The notes: generated from the letters alone by a model not told the origin. Counted from the stretch's first letter, positions 8,150-17,015 are shown. The stretch is 24,000 nucleotides of DNA from an uncultured Alphaproteobacteria bacterium (GCA_963787955.1 CAWBFG010000038.1:82521-106520), one strand, 5' to 3'. Numbers and translations: made by a program.

Positions 8150-9202
8150 ATGAACGCCTCACCCAAGACCCTGCGCCACCTGTCCGATCTGATCACCGCG
8201 GGCCTCACCCCCGCCGACCGGCTCGCCGCGCTGGAACGCGTCGCCGCGCAATACGCCGTCGCCATCACGCCGGCGATGGCCGAGCTGATCGATCCCACCG
8301 ATCCGCACGATCCGATCGCGCGGCAGTTCGTGCCCGACGCGGCCGAGCTCGACGTCAAGCCGGAAGAAACCGCGGACCCGATCGGTGATCACGCCCATGC
8401 TCCGCTCGAGGGCATTGTGCACCGCTACCCCGACCGCGCGCTGCTCAAGCTCACCGCGATCTGCGCGGTGTACTGCCGGTTCTGCTTTCGCCGCGAGATG
8501 ATCGGGCCAGAGGCCGAAGCATTGTCGCCGGAGAAGCTCGACGCCGCGCTCGGCTACATCGCCGCACACAAGGAGATCTGGGAGGTGATCCTCACCGGCG
8601 GCGACCCGCTGGTGCTGTCGCCGCGCCGGCTGAAGCAGGTGGTGGCGCGGCTCGCCGCGATCGACCACGTCAAGGTGATCCGCGTCCACACCCGCATTCC
8701 GATCGCCGAGCCGGCGCGTATCACGCCGCAGCTGGTGAGCGCGCTGAAGGCCAAGGGCAAGGCAACCTATGTGGTGCTGCATGCCAACCATCCGCGCGAG
8801 CTCACCCCGGCCGCTCGCGAGGCCTGCGCACGCTTCGTCGATGCCGGCGTTCCGATGCTGAGCCAGTCGGTGCTGCTCGCCGGCGTCAACGACGACGTAA
8901 CGACACTTGGCGCGCTGATGCGCGCGTTGGTCGAATGCCGCATCAAGCCCTACTACCTGCACCACGGCGATCTGGCGCCCGGCACCTCGCACCTGCGCAC
9001 CTCGATCGAGCGCGGCCAGGAATTAATGCGGGCGCTGCGCGGCCGCACCTCCGGCTTGTGCCAGCCGAGCTACGTGCTGGACATTCCGGGCGGCTATGGC
9101 AAGTCGCCGATCGGACCGAACTATCTCTCGCGGAACGAAGACGACCGCACTCAGGTCGAAGACTTCAACGGGGACCTGCATTGCTATCCACCCAAAACTT
9201 GA
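8150..9202 (+). CDS. epmB: Lysine 2,3-aminomutase-like radical SAM protein (KamA family, EpmB/YjeK-like)
   Basis: The radical-SAM CxxxCxxC motif is CAVYCRFC. KamA-family blocks are HRYPDRALL, ILTGGDPL, IRVHTR, SQSVLLAGVND, KPYYLHHGDLAPGTSH. The preferred start is ATG 8150, with GAGGA at 8140-8144 five nt upstream. The track start at 8111 lies inside the REP unit. Confidence 0.85.
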   Translation: MNASPKTLRHLSDLITAGLTPADRLAALERVAAQYAVAITPAMAELIDPTDPHDPIARQFVPDAAELDVKPEETADPIGDHAHAPLEGIVHRYPDRALLKLTAICAVYCRFCFRREMIGPEAEALSPEKLDAALGYIAAHKEIWEVILTGGDPLVLSPRRLKQVVARLAAIDHVKVIRVHTRIPIAEPARITPQLVSALKAKGKATYVVLHANHPRELTPAAREACARFVDAGVPMLSQSVLLAGVNDDVTTLGALMRALVECRIKPYYLHHGDLAPGTSHLRTSIERGQELMRALRGRTSGLCQPSYVLDIPGGYGKSPIGPNYLSRNEDDRTQVEDFNGDLHCYPPKT

Positions 9203-9615
9203 CCGCCCAGGATGTGATCCGCCTGCTCGATCTCAAGCCGCATCCGGAAGGCGGGCACTATCGCCAGACGTTCCGCAACTCGCGCGCGATCGAAGGCGGC
9301 CGCGCCGCCTCGACTGCGATCTATTTCCTGCTGGCGCGCGGCGAACGCTCGCATTGGCACCGCGTCGATGCCGTCGAAGTCTGGCACTGGCATGCCGGCG
9401 CGGCGCTGACGCTGCACATCAACGACGGCAAAGGAACGACAACGATCCGGCTCGGCGCCGACCTCGCCGCTGGCGAGCGCCCTCAGGGCATTGTGCCCGC
9501 GCATGCGTGGCAGGCGGCCGAAACCACCGGCGACTGGACGCTGGTCGGCTGCACCGTCGCGCCGGGCTTCGAGTTTTCCGTATTCGAGTTGGCGCCGAAG
9601 GGGTGGGAGCCGTGA
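9199..9615 (+). CDS. DUF985-type cupin domain protein
   Basis: The translation is (M)TAQDVIRLLDLKPHPEGGHYRQTFR...SHWHRVDAVEVWHWHAGAALTL...GCTVAPGFEFSVFEL. The PHPEGG...F, HR..d.E.W.h.G and GC.V.PGF.F..FE blocks are as I recall for DUF985. The candidate TTG start at 9199 overlaps the epmB stop (cTTGAcc). GTG 9214 is an alternative start. Confidence 0.75.
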   Translation: MTAQDVIRLLDLKPHPEGGHYRQTFRNSRAIEGGRAASTAIYFLLARGERSHWHRVDAVEVWHWHAGAALTLHINDGKGTTTIRLGADLAAGERPQGIVPAHAWQAAETTGDWTLVGCTVAPGFEFSVFELAPKGWEP

Positions 9616-9625
9616 TGCGTTTGGT

Positions 9626-9730
9626 GTCCCGGGCGAGCGAAGCGAGAACCGGGACCCCGGTTGCCTTCTTCCCAGAGAACCGGGGTCCCGGGTCTGCAGC
9701 GCACCACTTCGTGCTGCGCTGCGCCCGGGA
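9626..9730. repeat. Cluster of three GC-rich REP-like hairpins between convergent genes (probable bidirectional terminator)
   Basis: Hairpin 1 (9626-9655) is GTCCCGG...CCGGGAC. Hairpin 2 (9655-9685) is CCCCGGTT...AACCGGGG. Hairpin 3 (9686-9730) is TCCCGGG...CCCGGGA, with an inner GCAGCGCAC/GTGCTGCGCTGC pairing. The cluster fills the gap between the cupin stop at 9615 and the phaB stop at 9742. Confidence 0.65.
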
Positions 9731-9741
9731 CAAGAGACCCA

Positions 9742-10467
9742 CTATACGAAATGCTGCCCGCCGTTCGCCGTCAGCGTCGAGCCGGTGATCAGCCCGGCGT
9801 CGTCCGACGCCAGGAACACCACGCAGCGCGCGATCTCTTCGGGCTCGCCCAGCCGGCCGATCGGGATCAGCGGCAGGATGCTCTTCTCCAGCACGTCCTT
9901 CGGCACCGCCTGCACCATCTCGGTGTTGATGTAGCCCGGGCAGATCGCGTTCACGGTGATGCCCGCGCGCGCCAACTCCTGCGCCAGCGCCTTGGTGAAA
10001 CCGAGTTCGCCGGCCTTGGCGGCGGAATAGTTGGTCTGGCCGAGCTGGCCCTTCTGACCGTTGATCGACGACACGTTGACGATGCGGCCAAACTTGCGCT
10101 CGCGCATGCCCTCGATGACCGGGCGGCACATGTTGAACAACGAATTGAGATTGGTGTTGATGACCGCGGTCCACTGCTCGGGCTTCATGCGGTGCAGCGT
10201 GGCGTCGCGGGTGATGCCGGCGTTGTTGACCAGCACCTCGACCGGGCCGAGGTCGGCCTCGACCTGCTTGATGCCTGTGGCGCACGCTTCAAACGACGCC
10301 ACGTCCCATTTGTAGACGCTGATGCCGGTTTCCGCCTTGAACTTCTGCGCCGCCTCATCGTTGCCGGCGTAGCTCGCCGCGACCTTGTAGCCGGCTGCCT
10401 TCAACGCCTTCGAAATCGCGGCGCCGATGCCGCGTGTCCCACCTGTCACCAACGCTACGCGAGCCAT
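9742..10467 (-). CDS. phaB: Acetoacetyl-CoA reductase (NADPH-dependent SDR of the PHB pathway)
   Basis: The ORF is 241 aa. MARVALVTGGTRGIGAAI is the TGxxxGIG Rossmann motif. It has NNAGI and the S...YSAAK catalytic motif, and the end is typical of PhaB. An AGGAGG SD lies upstream of the ATG. It sits directly downstream of the thiolase gene. Confidence 0.93.
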   Translation of the reverse strand: MARVALVTGGTRGIGAAISKALKAAGYKVAASYAGNDEAAQKFKAETGISVYKWDVASFEACATGIKQVEADLGPVEVLVNNAGITRDATLHRMKPEQWTAVINTNLNSLFNMCRPVIEGMRERKFGRIVNVSSINGQKGQLGQTNYSAAKAGELGFTKALAQELARAGITVNAICPGYINTEMVQAVPKDVLEKSILPLIPIGRLGEPEEIARCVVFLASDDAGLITGSTLTANGGQHFV

Positions 10468-10520
10468 GAACGCCTCCTGATTCTTCTTCTGTCCCCTCGA
10501 GACGACAGCTTAAAGACGGC

Positions 10521-10552
10521 AATGAGAAAGGGCCACGGGGGTTCCGTGGCCC
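10521..10552 (-). terminator. Rho-independent-type hairpin between phaA and phaB
   Basis: A perfect 9-bp stem GGGCCACGG / CCGTGGCCC (10530-10552) closes a 5-nt loop. On the minus strand it is followed by TTTCTCATT (10529-10521). It lies 33 nt after the phaA stop. Confidence 0.6.
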
Positions 10553-10584
10553 TCTCGATTTGGATGATGCAGTGCGAAAAGCGC

Positions 10585-11761
<1,177 letters not shown>

Positions 11762-11969
11762 TGCAAACACTCCTTGTTTGAAGGCGGGTCCCAATCCCGC
11801 GCCGATCCTGGGATTATGCCCCTTTGATAGTATCTCGCAGCCTAGCCGCCAAGGTGGCGCACTGCACAAAACTATGGCCCGCCATGCGGAAACCGCCTAC
11901 GCTTGCCGGGCTGCCGCCGGCGGGGGCCGGTATCGAGAAGAACGACCGGCAAGGCTGGGCAAACACGTC

Positions 11970-12176
11970 ATGGCAAACGCGGGAAAGCCGACCGTCATCA
12001 AGAAATACGCGGACCGGCTCTACAACCCGAGCGCCGGGGCCTACGTCACAATCGACGCTCTGATCGAGATGGTCGAGGACGACGAAGACTTCGAGGTTCG
12101 CGAAGCCAAGACCGGCGAAGACATCACCCGCTCAGTGCTGCGGCAAATCATCGTGAAGCGTGGCTATCATGGCTAA
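11970..12176 (+). CDS. 68-aa PhaR N-terminal-domain-only paralog (mini-PhaR); could be a decaying duplication
   Basis: The translation is MANAGKPTVIKKYADRLYNPSAGAYVTIDALIEMVEDDEDFEVREAKTGEDITRSVLRQIIVKRGYHG*. It aligns along its length with PhaR residues 8-65 (IKKYANRRLYNTGTSTYVTLEDLAVMVKAGEDFAVEDAKTGEDITRSVLAQII). Nucleotide similarity is obvious, for example 12106-12152 against 12307-12354. There is no good SD. Its stop at 12174-12176 overlaps the phaR ATG at 12169. Confidence 0.5.
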   Translation: MANAGKPTVIKKYADRLYNPSAGAYVTIDALIEMVEDDEDFEVREAKTGEDITRSVLRQIIVKRGYHG

Positions 12177-12768
12177 GTCCGACGAGCCGATCAAAATCAA
12201 GAAGTACGCCAACCGGCGGCTCTACAACACCGGCACCAGCACCTATGTGACGCTGGAAGATCTCGCGGTCATGGTGAAGGCCGGCGAAGACTTCGCCGTC
12301 GAGGACGCCAAGACCGGCGAGGACATCACCCGCTCGGTGCTGGCGCAGATCATCTTCGAGCAGGAGAACAAGGAGGGACAGAACCTCCTCCCGATCAACT
12401 TCCTGCGCCAACTGATCCGCTTCTATGGCGACAGCATGCAGATGATGGTGCCGCGCTTCCTCGAAGCGTCGATCGACACGCTGACCAAGGAGCAGGAGAA
12501 GTTCCGCGGCCAGCTGGCGCAGACCTTCGGCGGCGGATTCGGCACGTTCGAGGAGCAGATCCGGCGCAACACCGAGATGTTCGAGCGCGCCTTCGCGATG
12601 TTCGCGCCGTTCGCGCGCCAGGGTGGTCAGCCCGACAAGACCGAAGGCGCCGACAAGCCGGGCGCGACGGACAAGCCGGCGGGTGGCGACGACATCGACG
12701 CGCTCAAGCGCCAGATGGAAGAGATGCAGAAGCGGCTGGATCGGCTGAGCGACAAAGACAAGGGATAG
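12169..12768 (+). CDS. phaR: Polyhydroxyalkanoate synthesis repressor PhaR
   Basis: The N-terminus MAKSDEPIKIKKYANRRLYNTGTSTYVTLEDL matches the PHB_acc_N domain. The PHB_acc region LPINFLRQLIRFYG follows. The gene is divergent from phaA-phaB, which is the classic arrangement. The track ORF starts at GTG 12160, but ATG 12169 gives the usual MAKS start. Confidence 0.9.
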   Translation: MAKSDEPIKIKKYANRRLYNTGTSTYVTLEDLAVMVKAGEDFAVEDAKTGEDITRSVLAQIIFEQENKEGQNLLPINFLRQLIRFYGDSMQMMVPRFLEASIDTLTKEQEKFRGQLAQTFGGGFGTFEEQIRRNTEMFERAFAMFAPFARQGGQPDKTEGADKPGATDKPAGGDDIDALKRQMEEMQKRLDRLSDKDKG

Positions 12769-12794
12769 GCGCTATCGCGTGCGCCTGCCCAGTC

Positions 12795-12831
12795 GTAGGG
12801 TGGACAAAGGCGCGGAGCGCCGTGCCCACGC
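12795..12831 (+). repeat. REP element (GTAG + imperfect palindrome), left flank of the RAYT gene
   Basis: GTAGGGTGGACAAAGGCGCGGAGCGCCGTGCCCACGC has an internal GGCGC-GGA-GCGCC hairpin and a 5' GTAG tetranucleotide. It is the inverted copy of 13376-13412, with 2 mismatches over 37 nt. Confidence 0.8.
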
Positions 12832-12843
12832 GGTTAAGCCGCC

Positions 12844-13374
12844 ATGCCACGCTATCGACGTGCAAAAATTGCAGGCGGCACGTTTTTCTTCACACTCGCG
12901 CTCGGTAACCGGTCCAGCGATCTGCTGGTGCGGCAGATCGATCGATTGCGCGATGTCTATCGATCGGTTCAAAAGCAACGGCCGTTTGAAACTGTCGCAA
13001 TTTGCATTCTTCCCGACCACTTACACGCAATCTGGACGCTTCCCGCGGACGACGCTGATTTCGCGATGCGGTGGAATCTGATCAAGGGCGGATTTTCGCG
13101 CGGGCTTGCGAGCACCGCGTCTCGTTCGGCCAGCAGGATCGCCAAGCGAGACAAAGGCATCTGGCAGCGCCGCTATTGGGAACACACTATCCGCGACGAT
13201 GCTGACTTGGCGCGGCACGTCGAATACATCCACTACAATCCAGTCAAACATGGATTGGTGTCGCGCGTCTGCGACTGGCCGCATAGCAGCTTTCATCAGC
13301 ATGTGAAGCGCGGACTACTGCCACACGATTGGGGCGGCGATATCCGGGATGTTCCAGGATCGTTTGGCGAATGA
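12844..13374 (+). CDS. REP-associated tyrosine transposase (RAYT, IS200/IS605-like Y1 HUH transposase)
   Basis: The ORF is 176 aa. The HUH motif is LPDHLHAIW and the catalytic Tyr region is YIHYNPVKHGLV. The N-terminus MPRYRRAKIAGGTFFFTL is typical. The gene is flanked by inverted REPs on both sides. Confidence 0.9.
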   Translation: MPRYRRAKIAGGTFFFTLALGNRSSDLLVRQIDRLRDVYRSVQKQRPFETVAICILPDHLHAIWTLPADDADFAMRWNLIKGGFSRGLASTASRSASRIAKRDKGIWQRRYWEHTIRDDADLARHVEYIHYNPVKHGLVSRVCDWPHSSFHQHVKRGLLPHDWGGDIRDVPGSFGE

Positions 13375-13375
13375 G

Positions 13376-13412
13376 GCGTGGGCACGGCGCTTCGCGCCTT
13401 TGCCCACCCTAC
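13376..13412 (-). repeat. REP element, right flank of the RAYT gene (inverted copy)
   Basis: GCGTGGGCACGGCGCTTCGCGCCTTTGCCCACCCTAC has the reverse complement GTAGGGTGGGCAAAGGCGCGAAGCGCCGTGCCCACGC. It starts 2 nt after the RAYT stop. Confidence 0.8.
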
Positions 13413-13475
13413 AAATTCTCGCTCGCCATAGCACGTCGAAGACGCGCGTGAACGTGCTTATGGACACGAGAGCCG

Positions 13476-15359
13476 TTACTCCACCCGCGTACCCTTGCGC
13501 CGATCGACCTGCACCACCTCGCCCCACGGTCGCTCGACCGAAGCGAGTCCAACCAGCGCGCCCTGCAGGTAGTCGCAGCCCCAGTCGGCGAGCAGCTTGG
13601 CGGCGTGCTCGTCCTGCACCCATTCGGCGACGGTCTTGAGCCCGAGTCGCTTCGACAGCTCGACCAGGGTCTGCACGAAGGCGCGGTCGTCTTCCGAGCG
13701 CATCAGGTTCTGCACATAGGCGCCATCGATCTTCATGATGTCGACGCCGAGCTTGCGCAGGCTGCGGAACGAGGTATAGCCGGCGCCGAAATCGTCGATC
13801 GCGATCCGGCAGCCGAGGTCCTTGACGCGGCGCACGAACCCCTTGGTGTCGTCGATGTCGTGGATCGCCGCCATTTCGGTGATCTCGATGATGAGCCGCT
13901 CTGCCACGCCCTTGTTGGCGCGCAGCATCGCGCCGAGCGCCGACCACCAGTCGGGATCGGTGGTGGACGCCGGCGACACGTTGAGGCTGGCGCAGAGCGA
14001 GGGCACCGCGATCATCTCGTTGACCAGAAGCTCCAAGACGCGATGATCGAGCAGACGGACCAGGCCGAGCCGCTCCGCGACCGGGATCACCTCCTGGGCG
14101 GCAATCAGCGTGCCGTCGGCGCGGCGGATGCGCATCAGGCACTCATGGAATGCAGGCTGCCGCGAACGCGCATCGACCACCGGCTCGAACGCGATCAGGA
14201 TGCGGCGTTCGTTGAGCGCCGCGACGATCTCGTCGGCCGCACGCACGTTCTCGCGGCGCACCGCATCACGCTCGACGTTCGGACGATAAAACTGGAACGA
14301 GCCCTGACGCTTGGCCTTGGCGGCATTGAGCGCCTCCTGGGCGCGCGCAAAGATTTCCGGCACGGACTTGGCGTGGCGCGGCGCGGTGACGCCGCCAACG
14401 GTGACGGTCACCGCGACCGGCCCGACCGGGGTGCGGACCACGTCGTCGCGCACGCCGGCGAGCAGGCGCTCGCAGGCCTTTTCCATGTCCTCAGGCGTGC
14501 AGTTGTTGAGGATAACGGCGAACTTGTTGCCCGAGAAGCGGCCGAGATGGTCGCCGCCGCGCATCTTGGCGCGCAGCCGCTTGGCCACCGCGCCGATCAC
14601 ATCGTCGGCGACGTCGAAGCCGTAGGATTCGTTGATGCGGGCGAGATTGTCGATTGCAATCATCAGCAGGCCGCAGGAGCTGCGCTGGGCAGTCGCCTGC
14701 TGCAACGTGGCTTCGAGCACCTCGGTGAGGTGAAAGCGGTTCATCTCGCCGGTCAGGCCGTCGAAGTGCGACAGATAAGAGAGCTTCTCCTCCTGGGCGT
14801 GCCGCTCGTTGATTACGTGAATGACGCCGTGGGCGCGCGCCGGCTTGCCGTCGGCGCCGGCAAACCAGCGGCCGGTGTCCTCGATCCAAAGCTTGGTTGA
14901 GAAGCCTTCAGGAGTGATCGAATATTGCACCTGGTAGGGTACGCCATTGCCCTCGTCGCGATGCGGCGAGCCCATCACCGCGTCGAAGCGCCCCTGCGCG
15001 GTGGCGGCATCGAGCAGCTTGGCGTAGCCACGGCCGCTGTTGATCGCGTCGCGGTCGCGAAGCTTCAGCACATCGTGGACGTTGGCGCCCCAGGCGAGCG
15101 CGTCGGTGGCGATGGTCCACGCGTACGGCACTTCGCCGACCGAGGTGAGGATCGCCGCCGGGTCGAGCGCATCGGCGGATTTCGGCGCGGCCGGCGATGC
15201 GAACACGCTGGGCTGCGCGCTGGCCGGAGTGTTGCGTTGCCCGAACACGTCGGTCGCAGGTTTCGGAGCCTGCGTGGCAAACACGTCAGGTTTGGCAAAA
15301 ACGTCAGCTTGGTGCCCGGCGGGATTGGGGCGGTTGACGGGCGTGCGGTTCTTGATCAC
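13476..15359 (-). CDS. Cyclic-di-GMP phosphodiesterase-type protein: PAS-like N-region, degenerate GGDEF domain, EAL domain
   Basis: The ORF is 627 aa with a GTG start at 15359. The GGDEF position reads SGNKF (aa 276-280), with RGGD (RxxD) five residues upstream. EAL-domain signatures are ECL (aa 406-408), N in LNVS, EITE, DDFGAGYTS, KIDG, EWVQDE and YLQG. Confidence 0.9.
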   Translation of the reverse strand: MIKNRTPVNRPNPAGHQADVFAKPDVFATQAPKPATDVFGQRNTPASAQPSVFASPAAPKSADALDPAAILTSVGEVPYAWTIATDALAWGANVHDVLKLRDRDAINSGRGYAKLLDAATAQGRFDAVMGSPHRDEGNGVPYQVQYSITPEGFSTKLWIEDTGRWFAGADGKPARAHGVIHVINERHAQEEKLSYLSHFDGLTGEMNRFHLTEVLEATLQQATAQRSSCGLLMIAIDNLARINESYGFDVADDVIGAVAKRLRAKMRGGDHLGRFSGNKFAVILNNCTPEDMEKACERLLAGVRDDVVRTPVGPVAVTVTVGGVTAPRHAKSVPEIFARAQEALNAAKAKRQGSFQFYRPNVERDAVRRENVRAADEIVAALNERRILIAFEPVVDARSRQPAFHECLMRIRRADGTLIAAQEVIPVAERLGLVRLLDHRVLELLVNEMIAVPSLCASLNVSPASTTDPDWWSALGAMLRANKGVAERLIIEITEMAAIHDIDDTKGFVRRVKDLGCRIAIDDFGAGYTSFRSLRKLGVDIMKIDGAYVQNLMRSEDDRAFVQTLVELSKRLGLKTVAEWVQDEHAAKLLADWGCDYLQGALVGLASVERPWGEVVQVDRRKGTRVE

Positions 15360-15552
15360 AGGCGAACCTTTTTGGGAAAGCCGCGTTGTCTCTAACTGGC
15401 AACGTGCGGGCGGAAGCTCAAGCCAACGTACCTGACAACCCCTAAAGAAACGGCAAAACGCCAGCTCTGGCTTTGTGACAGCTCCGGCACGCCGCTTGCG
15501 ACGTCTCCCTCAGCGGGCGCGTTGTGTCCCGCGCTGAGACAGAGGCTGTACG

Positions 15553-16808
15553 ATGCTGGAAGGGAAGCGAAGAAGCACCAGACAACAAAATCGGACGATC
15601 TGTTCCGGGCACGGCTCGACCAGATCATCAACCTCCGGCACGAAAACAACTCGCAGGTGCGATCGACTGGGACTGGATCGACGGCGAGATCGCGCCGCTC
15701 TACAGCGAGAAGGGGCGACCTGGGATCGAGACGCGCTTTGCGATCGGGCTCCTGCTGCTCAAGCACATTTACGGGCTGTCCGACGAAGGCGTGTGCGAGC
15801 GCTGGGTCTATGATCCGTACTTCCAGCACTTCACCGGCGAGGAGTTCTTCCAGCACAGCTTCCCGCATGAGCGCTCGGACCTGAGCCACTGGAGGAAGCG
15901 CCTCGGCGACAAGCTGGAGCTTCTGCTGGCCGAGAGCCTGCGGGTAGCCCATGCCAGCGGCGCGCTGCGGACCCGCGACCTGGCGCGGGTCACGGTCGAC
16001 ACCACGGTGCAGCCTAAGGCCATTACCTTCCCGACCGACGCCAAGCTGCTGCACGCGGCGATCAAAGGGCTCAACCGCCTGGTCAAGAAGCATGGGGTGC
16101 GGCTGCGGCAATCCTACATCCGTATCGCTAAGCGCGCGGCGATGATGGCGGGACGCTATGCCCACGCCAAACAGTTCAACCGCCACCGTCGGCAGCTGCG
16201 CATCCTGCGAACCCGGCTCGGCCGGCTGATCCGCGACATCCGCCGCAGGATCGCCGGCAAGCAAGACCTCGAGGCGGCGTTCGAAGCCCCGCTCGCTCGT
16301 GCCTCCCAAATTCGCTCCCAGCAGCAGCGCCAGCGCGGCTGGAAGCTGTATTCCTTCCACGCCCCCGAGACCGAGTGCATCGGCAAAGGCAAGGCCAGCG
16401 CGCCCTATGAGTTCGGGGTGAAGGCGTCCATCGTCACCACCAACCGCCGTGCCCCCGGCGGCCTGTTCGTGCTGCACGCCAAGTCATTGCCGGGCAATCC
16501 TTACGACGGTCACACCCTGCGGGACGTCATCGAGGACACGCAAAAGCTCACCGGCTGCGAGATCGAGCGTGCCTATGTCGACAAGGGTTACCGCGGCCAC
16601 GACGCACAAAATCCACGCCGTGTCTTCATCTCAGGCCAGAAGCGCGGCGTGTTCGGCGCCATCAAGCGCGAGCTGCGACGTCGCTCCGCCATCGAGCCCG
16701 TGATCGGCCACATGAAAGCCGAAGGTCACCTCGGCCGCTGCTACCTCAAAGGCCATGCCGGCGATGCCGCCAACACCATCCTCACCGCGGTCGGCTACAA
16801 CTTCCGAT
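15553..16808 (+). pseudogene. IS5-family transposase fossil (at least 2 frameshifts near the 5' end, 3' end truncated)
   Basis: The N-terminus is spread over three frames: MLEGKRRSTRQQNR (ATG 15553), DDLFRARLDQIINLRHE (frame of 15522), and KQLAGAIDWDWIDGEIAPLYSEKGRPGI...LSDEGVCERWVYDPYFQHFTGEEFF... (frame of 15524). The body is clearly IS5-group DDE transposase up to AVGYNFRL at about 16808, where similarity stops. GGCTTTGTGACAG at 15469 could be a left terminal repeat. No right end is present to confirm it. Confidence 0.75.
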
Positions 16809-16810
16809 TG

Positions 16811-17015
16811 TTCACCATCCGACCACGCGCTCGTCTGTCTCGAGCCGGAGATCGCCGCGCCGCCGCCGCGCCCCACGGCGCGCCCCGACGCCGCCTTCCT
16901 CACCCATCTGATCGCGATGGCGGAACAGGTCCCGCAGCTGCGTGAAAAGCGCCGCGCCGCGCCTGAGGAAGCAGCAGCCGCTTATGCGGCCACGATGGCG
17001 CGCGCGGACGTTTAG
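16811..17015 (+). pseudogene. 3' remnant of a small conserved hypothetical gene fused to the truncated IS
   Basis: The frame of track ORF 16755-17015 gives ...RPDAAFLTHLIAMAEQVPQLREKRRAAPEEAAAAYAATMARADV*. This resembles small Rhizobiales proteins I recall with a FLAQLIA...Q.R..RRA....A..AY pattern. No plausible start or N-terminus remains. Confidence 0.3.

Noticed and set aside
13315-14900. ORFs 13605-14900 (+, 431 aa) and 13315-14142 (-, 275 aa)
   Set aside because: They overlap the GGDEF/EAL gene in other frames or on the other strand. Their composition is typical of off-frame high-GC translation.
15392-16477. 361-aa minus-strand ORF
   Set aside because: It is antisense to the IS5-family transposase body, which carries the real homology signal.
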